A stretch of DNA of 64,000 nucleotides from the human T2T-CHM13v2.0 reference genome, Homo sapiens, in the NCBI RefSeq assembly GCF_009914755.1, contig NC_060928.1; one strand, given 5' to 3'. The notes beneath the pieces are model-generated. The model was not told where the DNA came from. It made no database searches and worked only from the letters and a program-made list of their open reading frames with translations. Positions 56,234 to 64,000 of this stretch are shown one piece after another (within the stretch, counting starts at the first letter, position 1; every line of letters begins with the position of its first letter). The position numbers and the translations under genes were made by a program.

Positions 56234-57794
56234 TAAGTGACCAATAAATAATATCATGTTTCTCATTGGCATTCTTATATTCAATAAAATAGGTCATTAT
56301 ATTACATATGACATCTAATTTGTAAAAATATACACTTTCCCCCATGGGACTCAGTGTAACTATTTGCATCTTGAGTGTGGAAAAACCTGTGTCCCATGAA
56401 AACGTCTGTATTCTTTAAGTGGCTCTCACTCCAATGTAGATAGATATAGGCATAGGTGCAGATCTAGATGCAGGTATAGGTATAGGTTGTTATTACTGTA
56501 CATCATGTTATATAAGGAATTCTCTTCTCCCTACTCTTTTTCTGAAACAAAGCTCTCCTTTTCACAGGCTATCTGCACTCAGCTTGTAGTTATCAGAAAA
56601 CAGTTAGTAATTTATTTTAAAAGTAACTTCAGGAAGAAATGGATATTGTGAATGAAGGAATTTAAAGCAGCATGAAGAATAAAATCAGTCATTTAGTCTG
56701 ACAGGCAGTCGTGGGCAGCTATTTGGGTTATAAGGCAACTATCTTGCTGTTTAAACCAAACCCCATGCCACATGCACGACCATTGGAGTATTATGTAAGT
56801 GTTCAACCAGTGCCAAAATTCTATCATTCTTAGCTGTCTACTCACTATAGGTAGGGCCGATCCCCAAATTCTAAAAGATTGAAATGGATAGGATCTTGAT
56901 ACCATTTTTCTTGTATGTTTTAAAATAGCAAGCCACTCACTTACAAATTTGAACAGGAGATTGCATTTGCCAAACATGTAGTTATAATTGAGATTTTCAT
57001 TGTGTACCTCTTTGCAAAAATGCAGATGGATTAGCATTCATGGTCACTGAGTTCTGTTTCCATGGATATAGTTTCAGTCATGCCAACCAGGGACAGATTG
57101 TGTACTTTATTACTTTGTTTCAAGTATTATTCAAACATTTAAAAAATATCCCAGCACTATACAACATTATATGTTAATGTAGTGGTAATATTTTGGTAAT
57201 ATTTCGTTGACTTTAAATGATTTTGAGGTTCCAATCACGATTTCTTAAAAGTATGCACCTAGATTGTAATACTGAAAGCCTATTGGTTTAACTAGGCATG
57301 CTAGCTTGGCATCCAGGGAACTCCTGAAGAAGCCAGAATTAAGTGAACTCGCAGTTTCATTAATATCCAAAGAAGAGTTAGCCTGGTAACAAGATGTTTC
57401 ATCTACTACAATTCCAAAAAGCTTTAGAAAAGGCAATGGAGGACTACAGCTAGGAGAAAATTTACTGGTCAGATAAATACAAAAATTATTTCACTCTTCC
57501 CTACTAGACTAGTAAATTTTTAAAAACTATGTTTTTATATTCTCGTATTTCTCACAACCCAGTTTTTAAAATTTATTAGTACCTAATACACAATTGTAAA
57601 TTTAATGTCACATATCTGTTGTTGGTCTTTTAATTAGAACCTGGTACCAACAGAGTTTTAAATACTGACAGTGATGAGCCCGGAACGAATACCGAATATG
57701 CATGTTATTTTCAGGAGTGTGTTGAGGCATTCCAAGTGGCATAAAAAATAATGTGTACATAGCTTGTAAACGTGGAAGTTTATTATATGAGGAT

Positions 57795-59145
57795 AAGTTA
57801 ATTCAATTCAATAAGTAATTTAATTCAATGCACTTTGGATACATTGGAGGGAAAAACAGTCAAAAAATTTTACTCATGGATCTTATATCCTAGCAAGGGA
57901 GACCACCAATAAATAATAGATATGATAAACAATTGTGTGGTGTGTTAGAAGGTTACAAATGTTTTGGAACAAAAGAAAAAGTAGAGGGCAAAGGGTAATC
58001 TTGAATAGTAGTGGTGTGGGCTGTTGCCAAGTTGCAGTTTTTAAAATGATCAAAGTCTGCCTCATTGACAAGGTGAGATTTAAACAAAGGCTTCAGGAGT
58101 TGAGAGAGTTGGCCAAGCAGGTGCTGGGGAAAGAGCTTTCCAGGCAGAGGCAACACCTAGAGCAAAAGTCCAAAGGTGAGAGCGTGCCTGATGTGTTCAA
58201 GGAAGACCAGGGACATAAGTGTAGCTCTCCAGGGTAGTGCAAGCAGGGAAGAGCTGTAGAAAATAAGGTCAGAGAGGTAATGAGGAAGCACACTCAGTCA
58301 TACACAGCCTGACACATGGTGATTATATGAACTTTAGCTTCTGCTGAGTACAGGGAAGAGCCATTGCAGAATTCTGAGCAGAGAAACAGTCTACTGAGAT
58401 GTAAGTTTCAAATGGATGATTCTATTTTTGTATAGAGTACAGACTATAGAGAGAAGAGGATAAATGCAGGTGACCAATTGGAGAGGGTTGCAGTAATCCA
58501 GGGACAACAGATGGGGGCTCAGATCAGAGTAAGAGGTGCTAAAAAGTAGTTAAATTCTGGATATTGTTTGAAGGTAGAGAAAAAAGAACTTCTTGATGGA
58601 TTTAATAAGGAAAACATGAGAAAGGGGGGAATAGAGGATGACTTTGGCCTGTGCAACTCAAAAGATGGAATTTCCTCAACTGAAATGAGGAAAACTGGAT
58701 GGAGAAGGTTCCAGGAAGAAGATCAGGCGTTCAGTCTAGGATACGTTCAAGCAGAATTGTTAGACAGTTGTGTATATGAATCTGAAGTTCAAGTACAAAG
58801 GTCTGGAGTGGAGGTTTAAATTTGGGAGTCACCAGCAGATAGATGGTACTCAAAGCCACTGGCCTGGATGATTCCAACAAGAGAGTTCATGTGTGGACCA
58901 AGGACTGAGCCTTGGCAATACAACTTTAAGTCAGGACGAAGAGGGAGATTAACCGGAAAGGAGCGCCCAGTGAGTTAGAAGGAAAGCAAAGGATGTGTGT
59001 GGTTTTTTTCAAAAGCTAAGAGAAGAAAGTGCATCAAAGGGGAAGGAGAAATCAATTTGGTCAAAACCTATAATAGGTCAAGTGAGATGAGGGGGAAAAA
59101 AAATGGCCGTTGGATTTAGTGACACAGAACTAGTTCATTGGTAAA
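57795..59145 (-). mobile_element. L2a-like LINE fragment, about 1.3 kb
   Basis: Antisense L2: 'ctcatggatcttatatcctagc', 'ccaggcagaggcaaca', 'tttgggagtcaccagcagatagatggta' and 'ccgttggatttag'. Confidence 0.8.
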
Positions 59146-61359
59146 TTTAAATATTCAACCTTGCATCAGTATCGCCACTTTCTGAACACTGCCATTTTGA
59201 TTTATGCATGGAATTTCCCCCAACCAAGTTTTATGTCCTTGGCTTTCTTTTATTTTTCCTTATAACTGTCCTTTTCTTTGGTGTTTATGGGTGAATATTG
59301 GTTTTCTCTTAAATCTTTTAACTCCTTATATTTTATGTGCTTTCTCGGCACATGCTTTTGAATTACATTTTTAAATTTTAATTTCATTTCACATTTATAA
59401 TATAGAGCAATGTTTGAATTCAGCTATTAACTTTTATCCATCTCTTAGTCTATATTGATTTTTTGGTTGTCTTTCCAAATCACATTCATGCCTTATTTTA
59501 GCTGCCACATTGTATAAAGTTATCTAGCATTGTTTAACTTTCACATCTAGTAAGTAGCATAGTAACTGAATTGTAACTGTAATTGACAATAAACATCTGT
59601 TTTATTTCCCCATTTTTTGTTAATTCAACAACACAGTTGTATTCTACCTGGTGCATTCATTGAATCTTGCTAAAAAAAAATCTAAATCACACCAATATTT
59701 TGTTTCTAACTCCTCCTCTTCAACAGCCTCTAGATTATATGCATTTTCCATTACTTTTATTTGTATTGCAAATTACTGTAATCTTACTTTTGTTACTTTT
59801 ATTTCTGGAGATTCTTTTGTTACTGTTTACCAACTGTGACTTTCATTCTGGCTGACCTTTGTAATTTCTTATTTATTCAGATTTGTGTCATCTTGCTATT
59901 GTAGGTACATTTATACATCCTGGAATGGCATTCCAGTTTACTCAGTGTTCTCAAGGCAATAAATGTCATGTCCTGATGTGAAAATATAACTATTAATATA
60001 AAATGAGTGTGCATTAGAGACTGCAATCAGTAGCAGAATAGAGGTAATATAAATTGATAGTTAGGAATATTGAAAAGGAAGTTAAAAGGGGAAAATTTAT
60101 TAGCTAGCTAGTAATAAAACTCTAGAAAGGCCAATGCAAAGACTTTCTATCTATGCAAGTCCAGAGAACTATACATCTAAGTCATAGCTCTACACAATTG
60201 TCAAATCCTTCCCATTTAAATAGTAAATACATGCCCAACATACATACACTTAAACATCATTAAACAAGAATAAGCCAAGGAGCATATTAATAGTCATCTT
60301 CATCTCTTCCTCTAATACTTGCTCTGCTTATATGGACAGACATTTTGAGTTCTGACAGACCATTTATTTAGATAGGTTCAATTAGCAAGTTATGCAAGGT
60401 AGTCAAACTGATTTGAAAAAAAAATGAATGTCATTGAACACTTCACTGCACAGGATGTCTTCAGTTTTTATTTTCCCAATAAATAGTAAGCTATGTAGTA
60501 GACTCTTATGGTAATAATTTCTGTATTCTAAAATGTCAACAAAAGAAAAATATCCCTCAGAATTTACTTATGCTTCAGAGATCTTTCTAAGGATTTAAAA
60601 CAATTTAGGTAGCCATTCTTTAAAAAAGAAAACAAAACAACAATATGAAACTGTACATATGTAATTCTCTGTGACTCAAAACTCAAAAGTGTTCTTTCCA
60701 CGGTAGAAACTCAGAAGGTAGAGAGAAAAACCAGCTATTTTATGTGTATGTTGTTTTCAGTTATTATCACATTCTTAATGAATTTTCTGGAGGTCTACAA
60801 TGACCCTAGATCCCATGAAATGATAAATTAAATGTGAAAGTGTGTCAAGTACTTGTATAAGATACTCCAATGTCTTCAGAATTTACAAAATTTTCTCTGA
60901 AGTTATCAAGGCAGAAAAGTGCAGCGATCATTGAGTCACGAGATATAAATTCTCTTCATAGCTGGTTCAACTAGCTGATTGATCCAATGAGTGTTGCTCT
61001 GCCTCCCCATTATCCATTCACCCTTATCCTGAGAGTCACTTCCTGATTTCCCTATCGGGAAAGATGCCTCAACTCTGAATTTTATAATTGTTATGCTTTA
61101 TGTTGCAGATGGATGAATATACAAACCTACTTAAAAGAAGTGGGAATTTATTTTTTTATCTAGAGTCTTTGTTCAGGCAATCCTTCACCCAGAGTTCCAA
61201 AAATGGGAAAAAAGACCTAGCTTCTATATCAATTTTTTAGTTGCTTTTATTCCTGTGTTATCTTTACTTGATTTCCAGCTAGTAACCTAAAAACCCTTAA
61301 CCAAACATACAAATCAAGATCAAAAAACAAAAATGTACAGACATAACATGAATGGCAGC

Positions 61360-61707
61360 TGAATTAGTTTCCTGTGGCTGCCATAACAAATTACTACAAT
61401 CTGGGAGGCTTAAAAGAACAGAAATTTATCCTCTCACAATTCTTAAATCTACAAATCTAAAATGAAGGTGTCAGCAGGGCTGTGCTTCCCCTGAAGGCTC
61501 TAGAGAAGGATCTTTTCTTGCTTCTTCCAGCTTCTCTTTTTCCTATAAAGATGCCAGTCATTGGATTGAAGGTCCACTCTAGTCCAGTAAAATCTCATCT
61601 CAAATCTTACCTAATTACATCTGCAAAGACACTACTTCAAAATAAGGTCACATTCTGAGGTTCTGGATGGGCATGAATTTTGGGGGAACATTATTCAATC
61701 CACTATA
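61360..61707 (-). mobile_element. MLT1B-like MaLR LTR
   Basis: 'ttagtttcctgtggctgccataacaaattac...aataaggtcacattctgaggttctgg...attcaatccactata'. Confidence 0.88.
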
Positions 61708-62092
61708 GAGATAAATAACAATAAACACCAATTGCATTGTGTGACTCTCAGGACCTCATTAGATCTCTTTGGATGTTAGTTTTCTTTTCCTGTAAAATAT
61801 TTGAAATGGGCCAAACAAGGGAATCTTTAAGGTTTATTCTATCCTTGCCTTCAATGAATCCTAGGATCAAAGGACAATGTCATCCAAGTGTTCAGGCTAT
61901 GAGCACAAAAAATTGGGCTTTTCTAGTCATACATGTACTTATCTACAAGGTGCACATATTATGAGTTTGGCTTTGTAGGACATTTTTTCATTCTGGAGAC
62001 ATGAAAGATTTCTTATCAAGTCTAGCTGAATTTGGGCAATGTGTGACTCCTGACCATTTTTCAGTGATGTTCTTGGCCATAATATTCAGAAG

Positions 62093-62094
<2 letters not shown>

Positions 62095-62132
<38 letters not shown>
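62095..62132. repeat. (TG)19 microsatellite
   Basis: Seen directly. Confidence 0.97.
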
Positions 62133-62134
<2 letters not shown>

Positions 62135-62135
<1 letters not shown>

Positions 62136-62312
62136 CCCAAGTAGCTGGAACTACAGGCGCCCGCCACCACGCCTGGCTATTTTTTTGTGCTGTTAGTAGA
62201 GATGGGGCTTCACCGTGTTAGCCAGGATGGTCTCGATCTCCTGACCTCGTGATCCACCCGCCTGGGCCTCCCAAAGTGCTGGGATTACAGGTGTGAGCCA
62301 CCATGCCTGGCC
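62135..62312 (-). mobile_element. AluY-like element lacking its last ~110 nt and A tail
   Basis: 'ccgtgttagccaggatggtctcgatctcctgacctcgtgatcc'; ends abruptly at the (TG)n. Confidence 0.92.
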
Positions 62313-62708
62313 TATATTTTCTTTTCCAAAGATTTTTTAAGACCATTTGCTCTTGTCTTCTCCCTGTTAAGGATTATAGCTTTTTAAATAGCATAATGAT
62401 CACTTAGCAACTAAAGAATTCCACACAGATTTATAAGATGAATCTGTTTACCAGATATATTAATCTAACTTGAAAACATTTTTTAGTACTTTATTTGCAG
62501 GATGCTTTTTAGCATAAATGTTGTTGGAATGAATTTGGCCATTTCAACAGTCTTTATTTAAATCTGTTTTATAACTAAAATAATGTTAATGAGACGGTGG
62601 TCTTTTCCTTCAAATAGAATGATAGGCAAGTGCAAGAATGTTAGAGATCAACTTGGTTGGTGATGTTTCTCTTTTGAGAACATGGACATGGGTTGTGAGT
62701 CTGCTTCA

Positions 62709-62856
62709 TGTAATCCCAGGCACTAGGGAGGCTGAGGCAGGAGAATCGCTTGAACCCAGAAGGTGGAGGGTGCAGTGAGCTGCACTCCAGCCTGGGGGAC
62801 AGAGCAAGACTCAGTCTCAAAAAAAAAAAAAGAAGAAGAAGAAAAAAGAAAAGAAA
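62709..62856 (+). mobile_element. Alu right-arm fragment with A-rich tail
   Basis: 'gaggctgaggcaggagaatcgcttgaaccc...gactcagtctcaaaaaaaa'. Confidence 0.9.
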
Positions 62857-63404
62857 TGTAACATTGTAAAATGATAGTCCCTATGGAAGGCAGTATGACA
62901 GCTCCTCAAAAAAGTAAACATAGAATTACCGTATTGATCCAGTAATTCCATTACTGGGTGTATACCAAAAAGAACTGAAAGCAAAGAATCAAGCATATAT
63001 TTGTACTCCTATGTTTATAGCAGCATTATTCACAACAGCCAAAAAGTGGAAGCAACCTAAGTGTCCACTGAAAGGTCAATAAATAAACAAATGTATGATA
63101 TACATACAATGGAACTTTAATCAGCCTCTGAAAAGGACATTCTGATACATGGTACAACATACATAAACCTCGAAGACATTATGCTAAGTGAAATAAGTCA
63201 ATCACAAATTGACAAATATTTATTATTCCAGCTCTACGAGGTCTCTAGAATAATCAAATTTATAGAAACAGAAATTAGAATGATGGTTGTAATGGGCTAG
63301 AGAAATGGGAAAATGGGGAGTTAGTATTTAATGGGTACAGAGTTTCACTATGGGAAGAAGAAAAATCCTGGAGATGGATGGTGGTGATGGCTGCACAACG
63401 ATGT

Positions 63405-63948
<544 letters not shown>

Positions 63949-64000
63949 AAGTCACAATAAATTTTAAATGGTATAATTCATATGAATTATTTTCTCTGAC

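Noticed and set aside
56568-56794. Possible plus-strand exon (pyrimidine tract with ttcacag acceptor, gtaagt donor at 56795)
   Set aside because: Such splice-like words arise often by chance, the frame read from the acceptor hits a stop, and there is no transcript evidence.
57670-57730. GTGATGA box-C-like motif with nearby CpGs (possible C/D snoRNA)
   Set aside because: No properly placed CTGA box D and no terminal stem.

Overview
This window is AT-rich, gene-poor primate genomic DNA, most likely human or great ape since it carries AluY, L1PA3-like, THE1 and MLT2A elements. I find no supportable host protein-coding exon, RNA gene, CRISPR array or prokaryotic feature. The long ORFs I could trace are decayed LINE-1 ORF1/ORF2 pieces, antisense shadow ORFs of repeats, or by-products of local duplications. 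Roughly half of the window is interspersed repeats. Main structures: (1) a nest at 10.3-21.1 kb of old L1M, an L1PB-type element, a THE1 solo LTR and a full-length L1PA7-like element with 14-bp TSDs; (2) a nest at 26.6-33.4 kb where MER2 is split by a double-tailed L1 containing a complete THE1 provirus; (3) an L1PA3-like insertion at 52.9-56.2 kb with both a twin-priming 5' inversion and an apparent 3' transduction inside one 18-bp TSD; (4) several local tandem duplications, one with a templated inverted junction insert and one with an Alu at its junction. I see no evidence of a new biological system. The most interesting signals are footprints of retrotransposition and DNA repair. Subfamily names come from recalled consensus features and need RepeatMasker/Dfam confirmation.
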